From assembly GCA_951804945.1 (NCBI GenBank), contig OX638149.1, positions 95,232,001 through 95,296,000 of the forward strand: a stretch of DNA of 64,000 nt. Direction: 5' to 3'. Positions 1-14,110 of this stretch are shown here, one piece after another. Each line of letters begins with the position of its first letter. Position 1 is the first letter of the stretch. Below the pieces are notes generated by a model. It saw nothing but the letters and a program-made list of their open reading frames with translations, was not told where the DNA came from and made no database searches. Source of the DNA: Podarcis cretensis. Lineage: Eukaryota. Made by a program: the position numbers and the translations under genes.

Positions 1-505
1 CATTATGAGACCCCATGTTCAATCCTTTGCATCAATCAAGATTGGAAAATTTTTTTTATGAGCTGCCATGTTCAATCCTTTGCATCAGCCAACACTGGTA
101 ATGACCCTGGAGAGTTAGTTTCAAACCTGACACTAGTTGAAACTGACAGTGTGAGCTGGATAGGCCATTGGCCTGAATAAGGCTGCCAGACTGCAAACCA
201 GAAATAAACATTTTGCCTTGTATATGCTGAATGCTGTGGGAGAAATTGTTAACTGCTCCCACCTGTTTCTTTCCTGGGTCTCTTAGCAGTTGGTCTCAGA
301 CCTCATCTGTCGTAGGGCAAAACAGAAGTTCTCCTTGTTTCAGTAGATGGAGAAGAAGGGTGAGCCTATATTCGGGGTGGTGGTGGGGAAGCAGATGTGA
401 CGAGAAGCCTAACATTGGCAACCTCTCACACTGTGTCTGCACTGCAGTCATCTCTGATCTGAAGTCTTGCAAGACTACTACGATCAAGATCAAGCAAGGA
501 GTCTC

Positions 506-578
506 ATAGCACCTTAAAGACTAACAAATTTATTACCTCTTCAGCTACTGTGAGCTCAAGTCTGCTTTGCCAGATGCA
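506..578 (-). mobile_element. Degenerate Penelope-like terminus
   Basis: - strand reads ...taataaatttgttagtctttaaggtgcta; hammerhead core decayed. Confidence 0.5.
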
Positions 579-875
579 AGGAAAAATATATCATGTGTAA
601 GTGTCTGTGACCGCATAAAATTCAAGGCAGTGGACCATCAGTCCCTACTGTGCTACATTTTGCTTGCTTGTTTACTGTGTAAAGTGTTGTTAGACTTGAA
701 TTTGAGGCCTAGGCCTGCCTGTCGGGCTTCTTCTTTTCTGAGGGCTAGTGGTGCTCTTCAACTGCAATAGAATTTGAACAATTAATTTTGAAATGTGCCA
801 ATGAGAACTGGTTGCATGGGTGAAAGCAAGTCACCTTGTTTTTGTTCATTTGGTCCCCCACCCTCCCATTTGTAG

Positions 876-998
876 GCCTTAGACTGGATTCAGGAAACAG
901 GAGAGTATTATCTTTCTACTCACAACTCTACGGGGGAATCAGCAGAAGAAACTCAGGAACTTCTGAAAGAATATGGAGAATTCAAAGTACCTGCCAAG
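876..998 (+). CDS. KALRN: KALRN exon (spectrin repeat) ALDWIQETGEYYLSTHNSTGESAEETQELLKEYGEFKVPAK
   Basis: tgtag|GCC...AAG|gtaaac; 123 nt; phase 0-0. Confidence 0.95.
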
Positions 999-2027
999 GT
1001 AAACCCTTCTATTGATTTTATAATTTCATGAGCTTCCTATGGTAGTTTCAGTTAAGAAATGTAGTAAATGTATACAACTCACAGGATTTAGTCTCAGTTA
1101 CACTATTACTTATCTACATGCATCATTTATTACTAAATAAATGTATAACATGATATATTTAATAGCTCTGAATGTTATAAATGCAACCCCCCCCCCATTC
1201 TGAACTCTATGGCTGAGATCCAAAAAAATTACTAATAATGCAATCTTATGTGTGTCGAGTCCCACTGAGTGTATATAGGATTGCAGACTCACAGGCTCAC
1301 AGAAGGGGCCTGTTTTCCTTTGGAAGCTCACTCCATGCATTATCACAGATGTCTTTTAAAACTCACTTCAAATCCAAAAGGAGCTTGTGATGTGGCATGG
1401 AGAACAATTTATTGAGGAAAACAACTCTAAAGCCCCCTTTTGCTAATGGAGCTAGTTTCAGAGTTCTTTTGTATACTGACCAATGATATTAATTATTTCT
1501 GAAGAACTACCAAACTTCAGAATGACCTCAGAATATTCTGCCCTTGTTTTCTAAATTGCAATATCTGCCTGTTTGGGGACATCAAGCTCTGCAGTCTCCC
1601 TGCTATCACTTTGTACCCACATCCCCATGCTCATCTCATTCCTGTCTGCCGCAGCGTCCATTTGAAGAGAAATTCTGACCAATCAGGTCAAAATTAACAC
1701 CCATAAGCAGAATGGTGCTATCACTCTCTGCTCACATTGCCACTTTCAAAAGATTGCTTCAGACCCAAACAATTCTGCAAAGTATTGCAACCTGTAACAA
1801 CTAAGTTCCATTGAGTAGTAGTGAGTGGCAGTGGGAAATTCAGAACCATTTTAGATAATAAATGAAAAGATTGCACTCCACCTACACTATGTCTCCAAAG
1901 ATCTCAGGAACATTTTGTGTTAGTGATGCTTGTGAAGAATATGAGGTCCATATGGTTATTATGTGAATGAAATTTGAACAAAATGTCCATGGAAGATATG
2001 ATAACCAAGGAAAACTCTTTTGGGCAG

Positions 2028-2210
2028 CAAACCAAGGAGAAAGTGAAGCTTCTCATTCAGCTGGCTGATAGCTTTGTAGAGAAAGGGCATACTCATGCCA
2101 CTGAAATTAGGAAATGGGTTACCACCGTCGACAAACGCTATCGGGACTTTTCACTGAGGATGGGGAAATACCGCTACTCTTTGGAAAAAGCTCTTGGAAT
2201 CAATACAGAG
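2028..2210 (+). CDS. KALRN: KALRN exon (spectrin repeat) QTKEKVKLLIQLADSFVEKGH...SLEKALGINTE
   Basis: ggcag|CAA...GAG|gtactg; 183 nt; phase 0-0; inside ORF 1974..2219. Confidence 0.95.
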
Positions 2211-3405
2211 GTACTGTAAGTCACATGTTTTGCTGACATACTTTAAAGAAATGAAAAAACCTAAGAGGAATTAGAACTGTCTTATGTGAAAATGCTTTCA
2301 TGCATTACATAGCCAGCCTTACCTTGCAGTGGCATAACACAGAGCACACTAGGTGTGGATTTTGTGACACAAAGTTGTTCCTTTGTGACACAAAGGCTAG
2401 ACAAGATGACAGGGGAATGATTGGTTGGGTGCCCAGGAAGTTGCTATAAGGAGTAATCAAGTAGACTTCCAGGTATAAATTCATGTAGATGATGATCAGT
2501 CAACATAAGACAAAATGGTAATTCATTCAAAATAGCAGGGCAAATCAATTATTAATCTGTAATTAATTCCTAGCTGGTGCTACTTGTGAAAAGCTGCAGA
2601 CTTTACTGGGCTGCACATGGTCTGTTACAAGGCTTTTCATGTTTCTGGCACTGGCCTTGTGTATGTACATGTTTGACTTGAGTCCCACAGAGCTAAATGG
2701 TTGCTATTCTGGGTAAATCTACTGTTTTGCAGCCCATTCTGTTACGGCCAGCAGGACATGTGAAGAGCGGATTTAGGTTACCATGTATAAGCCAGGGCAA
2801 TGTTAACTTTTAGTTATTGCCTCAAAAATTCACTTCAGAACCATTCAAGTGAGAAAGGGATTGGATCCTAATTTCCATATGTGAGTTCCTCTGACAGTCA
2901 CCTTCTTGCTATGGCCATTTTGGCTCCTAAAAATCTGCTCCTGAAGATTGGGAGGCCTTCTGGAATAGGATGGGATGCCATGAAGCTGACTGCAGCAGAA
3001 AGGGGGGATTGGCAAAATTGGGCACTTATCTAGTGCAAGCAAAAGTGTACTTCTGCTCACACAGGGGTCAAAGCCAGTGTTTTTATTCAGATCTGGTTCA
3101 TTTGAATGAAGAATGCAATAAAGATGTACCAAATAAATATCATTTATGAAATTTGAGCAAATGCTGTCATTTGGGGAAAGTAGAGTACAAGCCTCAGAGG
3201 CAATATTGCGGAGCAGACAAAATGTGTCTGCTTGCTGCCACCACTGATGTGTCCCAGGATTCCCATGAGGAAAGCCATCCCCTTCCTGAAGTCAAATGAG
3301 AGGAAGGGTTACTGATGAAGCCTAGCAAATTGGTTGGGGAAAAGGACCCTCCTACCACCTGCCAAATATGTGATGCATTTAGCCAGTCGTTAGTAGGTCT
3401 GTATG

Positions 3406-3556
3406 NNNNNNNNNNNNNNNNNNNNNNNNNNNNNNNNNNNNNNNNNNNNNNNNNNNNNNNNNNNNNNNNNNNNNNNNNNNNNNNNNNNNNNNNNNNNNNN
3501 NNNNNNNNNNNNNNNNNNNNNNNNNNNNNNNNNNNNNNNNNNNNNNNNNNNNNNNN
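3406..3556. other. Assembly gap
   Basis: 151 N. Confidence 1.
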
Positions 3557-3639
3557 GCCTTTTCTTTCACTTTGTAGATATGCTTACTTTTGCAAAACAT
3601 AGAAATGTGTTTTAAATCCAAAACACTACTCTTTTTCAG

Positions 3640-3758
3640 GATAACAAGGACCTGGAATTAGACATCATTCCAGCAAGTCTGTCAGATCGCGAAGTGAAGC
3701 TGCGTGATGCCAATCACGAAGCTAATGAAGAAAAAAGGAAGTCAGCCAGAAAGAAAGA
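3640..3758 (+). CDS. KALRN: KALRN exon DNKDLELDIIPASLSDREVKLRDANHEANEEKRKSARKK(E)
   Basis: ttttcag|GAT...GA|gtaagt; 119 nt; phase 0-2. Confidence 0.95.
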
Positions 3759-4042
3759 GTAAGTGGTAGGAAATGGGCACCTCACAAAACATAGCACATG
3801 AATGACAAACAGCAGCAGTTCCATGTGAACAATTCACCAAGCCCACCTATTTGTGAGGCAGGTGAGATATCCTTGCAGGAATGTTATGCAAACAAAAGAC
3901 CAGAGTTTGGAGAGAAGCAAGATATGTGGGATAAGGCCATGCCTGATAAATTAAAAACGTAATTGTTTTTTCTCTCTATGTGTGTGTAACTAAATGCTAA
4001 TTTATTCTTATTTATCAAGATAGAAACTCATATTTATATAAC

Positions 4043-4497
4043 TGTCAGGGAACTGCCATCGGCTCAGGAGCAAGAGGGGAAAAGGTGGATGGATTACAGA
4101 GAGCCCCCAAAGATTGTGGGAAGCAGCACTTCCTCAGCGGAGGAAGGCAGCCATGGCTCTAGTGGGGAGGAGGTGCAGGGCTTGGAGGAGGCGAGGCGGT
4201 GCCAGGACACCTTGCCTGGGCAAAGCGGGGAGGAGGGAGGTCCCCCGTTACCCAAGCCTTCCTTGCGCAGTAAGCTTTCGTGCAGAGAGGGGAGGCACAG
4301 ACTGGGGGTCAAGAATCTACTCTGCTGGAGAAGATTTAAGGACTGCCCACTCTCAGATTCTGCCAGTGAATGAGCAAGACATGGAAAAGAGGCGCTCTGC
4401 ATTCTAAAGGTTTTTACCACCAATAAGAAAGCTTTAGAACAGACTATTGAGGCATACTGCTTGATTGCTCTCGAGCAACCAACCAGTACCTCCAACA
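4043..4497 (+). mobile_element. Solo LTR (455 bp), probably Gypsy or BEL
   Basis: TG...CA termini; perfect 5-bp TSD ATAAC (4038-4042, 4498-4502); GC-rich interior; AATAAG-like signal near the 3' end. Confidence 0.8.
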
Positions 4498-4752
4498 ATA
4501 ACCACAACAAGATTAACAACATTTATACTTGATTCTAGAAATTTATTGAATTATGCAAGTATTATGCAAATTACATAAAAATGCAGAGATGGCTACAATA
4601 CATAAATGTTCAAACATGATATGATACATTCTAAATGTATTTCCATAATCAGGGAGAAAATACAAATATGCTAGAGACGAAGAACTAATGTAAACTGATG
4701 GGAAGGGAGAAATGGCTTGAGGAATTACATTTTATTTACTTATTAACACTTG

Positions 4753-4919
4753 CCGTACTTTTACGTGTATAAGACTGGGTTTTTTTACTTTAAAATAAGG
4801 TTTAAAATCTGGGGGCATCTTATACACAGATAGTGCATATGCCCATTTTCTAAATTTGGGGTCCCCCAAAGTAGGCGGCGTCTTAGACATAGGGATGTCT
4901 TATACAAGGAAACATAAAG
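4753..4919. mobile_element. Tc1/mariner-type MITE (CCGTA-type TIR)
   Basis: TIR ccgtacttttacgtgtataagac / gtcttatacaaggaaacata; internal repeats of tcttatac. Confidence 0.6.
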
Positions 4920-4924
4920 TATAT

Positions 4925-5100
4925 CTCACTTTTCCTCCAAAGAGCTCAAGGCAGTATACACAATTTCCTTTCCCCAATGTTATCTCTTCAGCAATTCTGT
5001 GAGATAACTTAAACTGAGATAGTGTCTGGCGCAATCAAATGTCACCCAGTGTGCTTTGTGGCTTAGCGTGGATTTGACTGGATATCACCAGTCCCAGGCT
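4925..5100 (-). mobile_element. Old MIR/CORE-like SINE
   Basis: gagctcaaggcag...ctgtgag...aaactgaga...gtcacccagtg...ggatttga pattern of antisense CORE-SINEs. Confidence 0.45.
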
Positions 5101-5269
5101 GATTACTACATCATAGAGGAGATACTTAAGTTCTCTTTTCATACATTACAAAAAACTGGAGAAAGCGGAATAGTGTCCACACTTGCTTATTGCATGCATG
5201 AAGCATTCCCCACACTTCCAGTTTGTAATCCCTCCATCCCTTAACATGAATGCTTTTCTAATTTGGAAA

Positions 5270-5376
5270 TGATAGAATTGTTAAGTTGGAAGGGACCACA
5301 AGGGTCATCTAGTCCAACCCCCTGCAATGCAGGAATCTTTTGTCCAATGTGGGGCTTGAACCCATGACCTTGAAAT
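5270..5376 (-). mobile_element. tRNA-head/CR1-tail SINE fragment
   Basis: - strand GGGTTCAAGCCCC (B box) joined to the CR1 3' end GCATTGCAGGGGGTTGGACTAGATGACCC...ATTCTAT. Confidence 0.65.
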
Positions 5377-5582
5377 GTTATAATACATGATGAGATGGTC
5401 ACATAAACAATATTTTATTCTTTCATTTACAATGTGTAATTTAGGCAGCCCAGAAAGATAACGACTACAATATTCTGTACACTTACTTTCAGCAAATATC
5501 CATAGCATTGGTCTACGTAACATTGAAAGTATTTTTCTTTCTTTCTTACGAAGAATATAACAAAGAGAGAGTTTGTGTTTAA

Positions 5583-5693
<111 letters not shown>

Positions 5694-6429
5694 TAAAGAT
5701 GCTGTACTGTTTCTGATGGCTGGTGGTCATAATAACTACCACCATGATGTGGTGTTGTAATCTTCAGTTACGGCAGGGTTTTCAAGGATTATAAACTTGC
5801 CTGGATGTAATAGTTGATGAGTCCTGTGTGGAGGTTTGCTGTACTGTGCAGGCTGGTTCATGATGTTTGTGTTTCAACAATCTGAAAATGCAAAAGCCTT
5901 CGATATTTTCTACAGGTAGAATGGAAGGTGGGTGCAATGTATGTGTTCAAAACTGATATATTACTCTTGCTGTAGACATGCAACACCATAAGTAATAGAC
6001 AGCTTTTAATGTTGTATTTTTAAATTGTTTGTGGTGAAGCGTGGGTAAGAAATGTAATTATTATTATTAATTTGTGTGTGAAGACAAAAAGCTAACGTTC
6101 AGTTTGGACCTCAAAAAAAGGTTTTGTATGCATAGCAAAAAAGAAAGAAAGAAAGAAAGAAAAGGTTATGGTAACTGAACCTTTGAACTAGCTGAAGGTG
6201 TGTCTGAACATCAAAGCATCTATCTTTAAATTTGTTGAGATATTTCTTATCACTTAAACATCCACATTAATTGTTTTGGTTTATTAGTTGTGTTGGTTTT
6301 TATTATTATCTTTTAGCTTAGAACTCCATGTTTTCTGAGATATTCTGTGCCTTTGGCAAGAAAACTAGAAGATCTTTTCTTTTGTTGTGCACTTCTTCTC
6401 TGTGTTTAAGAACTACTGTTGTCTTCTAG

Positions 6430-6539
6430 ACCTATCTTTGGGAAATGACAAGTGGCGTAGAGGAGATACCCCCAGGGATTCTTAACAAAGAGCACATAAT
6501 TTTTGGCAACATCCAGGAGATTTATGACTTTCATAATAA
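6430..6539 (+). CDS. KALRN: KALRN exon DH1 [36 protein letters not shown](N)
   Basis: ttctag|ACC...AA|gtacgt; 110 nt; phase 0-2. Confidence 0.95.
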
Positions 6540-7647
6540 GTACGTATTCTTCAACACTTTGAGAAAGGTACCCTTTTGGAAGCTTACCCTATTTTGCAAA
6601 GCTAGGAACCAGCATTGAGGCCAAGTGTTCCTCTCCTCCGGCATCACACACTGGATCTGGTGGGTAGACCCTGGCTTATTATTTAACAGTAAGCTACAGT
6701 TCCCTGGTTCAGACATAACAAGAACAAGCCAGGATCTTCATGCTGAAACCAGTGTGCCCTGAGAGAGAGCAGAGGAGGGACATGGAGAGGAGTGCTCAGT
6801 CCCAATGCTCGTTCATAGCTTCATATATAATTGATTATGAAGTGTCAAACAATTTGCAGGAGTGGGCTAATGTGTGGCAAAAACAGGTGCTGAGCTATGG
6901 AGGAGGAAAATAACTGTGCTATAGATTTTAACATGATAAATATTGGGCAGCCCTGGCCTACCTGCTTATGCAGGCTGGAGACATGTTCTGTGCGATGACA
7001 CTCCCCACTCATCGGCTCAGACCTACAATGTCTAGCATGGTTCCCCATGAAGATCTTTCCAGTTGTGCCAAGCGTTTCTACACCAGAAATAAGACAGTTC
7101 AGGAATATCTAGTCCCAACTTTGAAACTCACGCTCTACGTAATAAGGAAATTGGCATGGCAATTATGCTAAGTATTACAGCCAGGTATGTGTGGTCTGCT
7201 ATGTGGATAAGGTAACCAACCATTCACCTACCATGAAATGTGACTAATTCTGTACAGACTAATTCTGTACTAAAAGAAGAGTTGCTACTGAATGTCTCAT
7301 AAAGAAAAAAACCACAGTGAATTTGAAAGGTCCTGCTCAGCTGAAACATCTATAGCAAGGATAGGGAACACATGAGTTGTTGGTCTCCACAACTTCCATC
7401 AGTCCCACCCAGAACACACAGTGGTCAGGGATTATGGGAACTGAATCAAGTTTGTAGGAATTTCAAGGGGAAGTGAAATAATTTCTTTAAGATTGAAATG
7501 TCAGAGGTTGAGGTTTGCACATCTGTAATCTACTGACAGATTTTACGCTCAGCAACATTTGAGATGAATTTGGAGGGTCCTTTTTTCTGTGAAATATATG
7601 AAAGCATTTTCCATCATCCAGCACCTGCTTCTACTAGGTGGTTGTGA

Positions 7648-7896
<249 letters not shown>

Positions 7897-8567
7897 TAAC
7901 AGGGACTGAGTAGCTTTAAGTAGGCCAAAGTAGTGGACTGTGCAGTTCTTCAGGCAGTACTTTGCTGAATGGTAATTGAACCTTTATAGAAAGTTTTCCT
8001 CAAACATTAATTTCAGCCATCTAATAAGTCCGCTATTTGCAAAAGGTTGCAAATCATCACAGGGCACCAGACTTCTGCCAATGGACAATCAGATCAATAT
8101 AACACAAATGCAACTTAAAATTGTGAAATTCCAGGCTTCATCTGCTAATATAGATTTGTTTTGATGAAATAACTTCTATGTACTAAGTACAAGTTTAAGA
8201 CAGATCCAGAATTTTTAAGGTGTACAGTACCATAGGTAACAGCAACATTTATATTTCAATTTTTAGAAAATCACACTTCCTAATTTAATTATTTCTAAGC
8301 ACCCCATCTTATATATTGTGCAAGATATATTTCTGTGGCAAAAAGGACTTTTAAATAGACACTGAGATATGTTAGTGGGCACTATAGATAAAATTTTCAA
8401 AAGGACATACATTTAATTAATAGGAAAGGCAATCATGATTTTCTTGTAGATTTTTTTTCTACTACTCTAACATACTCTGTTATACTTTTTATTGTTCCTT
8501 TCATTTGCAGTACATTTCTAATTAGAGGGGACAGACATAAAGTATTCATATATTCTGTGGAAGTTGA

Positions 8568-8756
<189 letters not shown>

Positions 8757-11414
8757 TAGACAATAACCTGTGCTGCTCTTTTGCTGTTGCAATGGCCATC
8801 CAGTTTGGAGGCTTGTTGGTTATATGAGAGTTTTTTGCGCTTGTGGTATTAGACACCATGCAGCAGAGACTTGATGGCTGCCTTGGTTTCCCTCTCATCT
8901 CATTTTCTCCTGGCTGCCACTGAGAAATTAGAACTGCACTGGCCCAGTTCACACACAGCAATAAGCCAAACCATGGCTAAATATGAACATGCAAGTATGT
9001 GCATGCTTGTAGTAAACATTGTGACTGTTTAGCGCCTTCCCCAGTCCTACTGCTGCACTACCTGGAGCTGTGCCATGGGTTGCTTAGCATTACTGTATGT
9101 CTGACCCTGGGCTTGTGGTTTATCTATCTCAGTGGACCCAATCCAGACCTCTTTGGTGTTTCAGCCTGAGAGCTGCTGCAGCAAAACCTTCTGTCCTGGC
9201 CAGTTTGTGTGGAAGGACTGTGCAAGTGGTGGTGGTTATGCCACTTCATCAAACCCATTGCTATTGGCCAGGAGTTTAGATTAAATCTGCTCTCCTGAAG
9301 TCTCCGAAGCCCTGATGCACTAGTGGTACATTTTAATTTTCCCATACAGCTCTTTGTATCCTGGTCTGATTCCATTAATAGAAGTGTAAATTCAATGGCC
9401 AACTCAAATTTGAGTGAAAATTTTCAAATTCTAATGGCAGTGATTTGGGGCTTTTTGCTAAAATTTGGATTGTGCTACCTACATTTTACTAATAGGATTC
9501 AAAATTACCCTTAATATTTGAGACTGTGTGTATTAAAAATACATATAAATTTAAAAGTCTGGGGGGGGGAGAAATGAATATTGTTTAATTTTAAACAATT
9601 TTTAGGGTCAACTAGGTGAAACATTAGAGATCTGTGACTGGTTCTGCCTTCTTTTCAGCAGATAACAGCCACAAGGAACCCATTCCAGATTAAGATAGCA
9701 GCACTGTGGAATGAAGGTTAACTCTTTTTCCAAATGCTGTTTACCCAATGAAAATCCCCTGTCAACCACTGCTTTCTTTGCTCTGAGCCAAGGCAGTTTT
9801 TCAGGAACCAAAAACTAAGAGTGGATAGCCTTTTTTACTGCACAGAACCACTCTTAGCTTGCGCTATAGGTAGGACTCCAGTTTGGCTGGGTCCCTGCTC
9901 TACTTAGCATAATGGTTAATCTAGTCCTAAATTGAACATCTCAAATTACAAATATCATCCCTTGGCAGTCTTTCCACCTAGATGCAGCTGTTAAAGTCTT
10001 ATATGACTTGCCTCATTACATGCCCTTGATTACATTTTCTCTTTTTAGCTCATTGTTTAGAACATTTTCAAGTGAGTTAAAGAAAAAGAAAGGTGGAGAG
10101 AGTATTATTCTTTTTAATTGGGCAGCGTCCCATAGGAGTCTCTTTTAGAATTATCCCTGTCCCTTTGGTGAAAATATGTGTGATAGTTAAATATAAGAAC
10201 CAGCAGGTGGCATTCTTGCCTACTCAAAGGTTTCTGGAAGGGATGTAACATTTCAGCAGATTTACATGTTTAACAGGGTATTGACACAGATTAGAAGGCA
10301 TTTGCCTGGCTAAGCTTTTCTAGCCCAGCTGCGCTATGCTGGTTGGAAATATTCTGATAATGCTTAATACAAAAAAAAGTTGATGTTTCATCCCATTTAT
10401 GTTTTGCAAATGAGTGGTAGATTTTTCCTTTCTCTTTTTCAGTTTCTAGGCTAGAAAATCCCTTTTCCTGAAAAGCAACAGGAAGAAAACAGGAAGCTGA
10501 CTTTTTGTGCATTTTGGAGAGTTAGCCTGACTGTACTTTGTCATAGCTGCTCACATAGTCATCCAATCATGCAAAAAGACTGCAAAATGTTCCTTGCTTG
10601 ATTTGGCACCTCTTCAGGTGTCATTTTCAGAAGGAGGGCAGCAGAAAATCAGAGATGGGGAACATTATGGTGGAAATTAGGTCCTCTGGGAACATTTTCA
10701 GATATCTTCTTGTCTAATTCTGGCCTTATACTTAGAAGTGATTTTTTTTATTTTTTTATTTTTTTATTTTTTTATTTTTTTAGTGTGAGCTGACAGCAGT
10801 CTAAACTAACATTGAAAATCTGGCACAAGATAGATTAAAAGCCAACAATACTGGGCATAACCCAGGCAAAGTGCACAAAGAGTGCGTTGTGGAGGCCTCC
10901 TTCCACTAAAATTATCTGAATCCAGCCTGCAGGGCATTGTGGCTTCTCCTGCTTTAACATGGCTGAACCAGAAGACAGCTTACCTGTGACTTATTTATTT
11001 AGTAAATTTATGTACCATTCCTCATCTAAAGATCACATATACTGTGTGCTTCCACACACAGCATCCAATGGCCAGGTAGGGACCATATCAAGGATGCAGG
11101 TTAATCCTGATCAGGATGCAGTTGAGGAGACTGGGCCATGATGAGAATGTGTATTTCACAGCAAGGTGGGGACTACAGTTTGGGGCGGCATTGGGTAGGA
11201 CAACAGTGTGTTTGGGAACCATGTCTGTGTGTCCTGGGATCACTGTCAGTGTACTGCTGCTCTCTGTGAGGCCTTATGCCCAGGCCTGATGCCAGTGGTC
11301 AGACAGACTGGGCACTGGTCAGGAAGCCAAGGGGCTCAGCAGGATCCCTCTTCAACCCAGCCCACCTGTGCCTACAGGGCAGCTGGATGCTCATTTTAGC
11401 AGGTGGTGGTACCA

Positions 11415-11454
<40 letters not shown>

Positions 11455-11565
11455 TGAATTTGTATACCACCCTTCATTGGAACATCACAGGACAGTTCAC
11501 AACACAAAAATACAAAATGAGAATACATAATACATAATACATAATAAAACAAAAACAAACCAGTG
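11415..11565 (-). mobile_element. L2-type LINE 3' end with (TAA)n tail
   Basis: (tta)n then tataccacccttcat..., shared with the copy at 48945. Confidence 0.6.
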
Positions 11566-12943
11566 ATAAGGACTGCATTCATCTGCTCCGTTCCCAATGA
11601 GCCAAAATTCATTCAGGGATTGAATGTGGCTTCACATGCATGTTTCCTTGCCCATCCATGTGAGAGCTGCACTCCCTACACAGGTATAAGGAATAGTGCC
11701 ATCTCATTCTGTGCAACTAGGTTCAAAAGCATCAGGGAAATTGGACTAATTAGGGCCCCTTCACACAGTTTCTGCATGGAAGGTACTTACAGTTTGTGTA
11801 ACGAAACAGGGAAGCGCTCCGTGGGTGGCCTATGAGAAAACATGATCTCTCAGAGAATGATAACTTGGGTCTACTTTGCACAGTTGAAAGGATTACTGAA
11901 CTAAACAAAAGAAGCACTATATTAAGGATGGAGAACCAGGGGCCCAGGGGCCACATCCAGCACTCCCAGCCTTTCTATTAATCCTAGCACCCTCTCCTTC
12001 AAGCCCTATACCCTCATCAGCATAGGCCCAAACCCTCATACCAATGCCTGCCAAAGTAAGTCAACAGCCTCCATGCTTGGAAGCACTTGTATATTCAAAG
12101 AAGTGTCTGTGCCTTTCCATTCTTCCTCTGGCATTCTTGCCTGCACTCAGAAGTGCTTGGATGCTCCAGGGAGTTTTCTGCAGCTCTCAACTTCTTCCAA
12201 AAGCACTTGGGTATGTTCAGAGGCACTTGTCCATTATTGCTGCCTCCCACTTATCCCAAAGCAATAATTATCCCAATCAGAGTTGTTTCATGTCCCTCAG
12301 TCACAACCAACATAAGCAAAATCAGACTTCAGATTTCTCTCTCACACACCGCCCTGTTGTTGTTAGATTGATTGAAATAAAGCTTTCTGTTGTCATTGTC
12401 CCACTGGGGACAGAGAGCCCAGCTTGATATAAAAGACAAATAGCATAGGGCTACTTGAAAAAGCGAGAGATAATACACAGAGATGGGGGGGGGGCAGAGA
12501 GACACAGAGACTGAGATGAAGAGGGTGGAAGGGAAGGAGAGCAAAACTCCTGTCGCCCTGAACTGTAGGAAGGAGTAGCCTGATAAGATGAATCTGGAGA
12601 ATCTGGAACAGGGAAAGCTGAATGTTATACAAAAGCATGCACCCAAATGTGTATTTGTGTGGAAGGATGGGTGTGAAAGGGATGTGAATAGGGATGTTCC
12701 ACCCCCACCTACTTTTGCTTTATTCCCTCCTGCTGGCATGTGGCCTCCAGATGTTTACCCATGGGGAATGTGGCCCTTGAGCTGAAAGCTTTCTCCTGCA
12801 CATGCACTGTATGCTATATGTAACCCTATATGCAATTGAAATTAATAAGAAACCCATGTATAGATTGTAACTTGTGACTACATGCAAGTGTTTCATTATC
12901 CATGCCACATGCTCTGAGAAGCCACGGCCAACTAAGTTTTCTC

Positions 12944-14109
12944 TTCCTTTTTTAAAAAATAATTTTTATTAACAGGCCAATCACATCACATTATTCAAAT
13001 CACATTAGTTCCAAATTATACAGCCAAATTTTAAATTTTATTGAGGTTACCCATACATCAAGCTCCGCACGAGTCCAAAATTCTGGATAATTCCAGGCAT
13101 CACTTATTTTACTGCTTTGACAGTTCTATCCAGTTCGATCCGGATAGTCCTTTATTACTTTCTTTCTCATCTTGTTGTTATCATATATTCCTTTCTTTGC
13201 AATCTCTGATGATTCTCACAAGCAGATTGAAAACGAGCGTCTCTGTGTGGGTTTTGTACTCTTCAAAGACCATATCACTCAGGGACAGCCTCTGTTCAAC
13301 GCTTCCATAAACAAAGTTAATCTTCTGTCTGTCCTTTATTTTTTCTCAGGCTAGCCAAATAAATCAAATAAATCAGGGGGCTCTGTCAGGTCAAACTTGC
13401 ATTCCAACACTCCTTCTCTTTCGAACGATCCTGATTCTCCTCCCCCTGTCCTTCTTTCTCTGGCAAGCCTGTCTTGGCGAGACGCCATTTTTTAACTGCG
13501 TCATAAAAATTTTCCTCTTTCTCACCGTTCACCAGTCTTCTCTCCTGTTGTAATCCATCCCACACAGTTCTTAAAATCCTGCTTATGATTAGTAAAAACG
13601 CGACGATCTTATTTCTTTCTGGGGTGAAGGGTTATTAATATCACATCGTGCAAAGAAAAAAAGAGTTTTTTTTCCTCCACCCCCCCCCTTCGTTCCAAAC
13701 ATACAGTCTCCTAGTGGTGATTCATCAGAAGATTTACTTATCCATCCGTCACTCCTGGTCACAGAGATCCATTAATCAGCAGTCTTATCTGTCGAGCTTT
13801 ACTTGATGTATGTGCTTCAGCTTCATTTCCAATCGTATGTTTCCAATTATAATTCCGAGCTGAAGCAACCAGCACGCGCTAATTGGAATCGGCGTCAGGA
13901 AGATCTGACTTCACTGAGGGCTCGTGCCAAGTGTTCGGCACCCCCATCTCTCGGATCAGGGGGTGCATTGTGAACACCGCTGGCAAGACAGGGCCCCCCA
14001 CCTCCTGGGGGGTAGGAAGGCTGCATACTTCCCATAGCAGCCCCTTAATTACCTCGTATGGGTCAGAGAGATGTTATTATCGGCCATCTTCCAACGCGCC
14101 ACCTGGTGG
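12944..14109 (-). mobile_element. Non-autonomous L1-like retroposon (~1.17 kb) with intact 5' end and A-rich tail
   Basis: Perfect 21-bp TSD cacggccaactaagttttctc (12923-12943, 14110-14130); - strand ends AATAAA plus A-rich tail; 5' end CpG-rich with YY1 motif AAGATGGCCG; only short degenerate ORFs, no RT seen. Confidence 0.8.
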
Positions 14110-14110
14110 C
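14096..14110 (-). promoter_or_regulatory. CTCF consensus motif CCACCAGGTGGCGC at the retroposon 5' end
   Basis: Exact match to core CCASYAGRKGGCRS; adjacent YY1 motif at 14081-14090. Confidence 0.6.

Noticed and set aside
4089-4522. Three overlapping ORFs of 94-142 aa
   Set aside because: They lie almost entirely within the GC-rich solo LTR; no recognisable protein.
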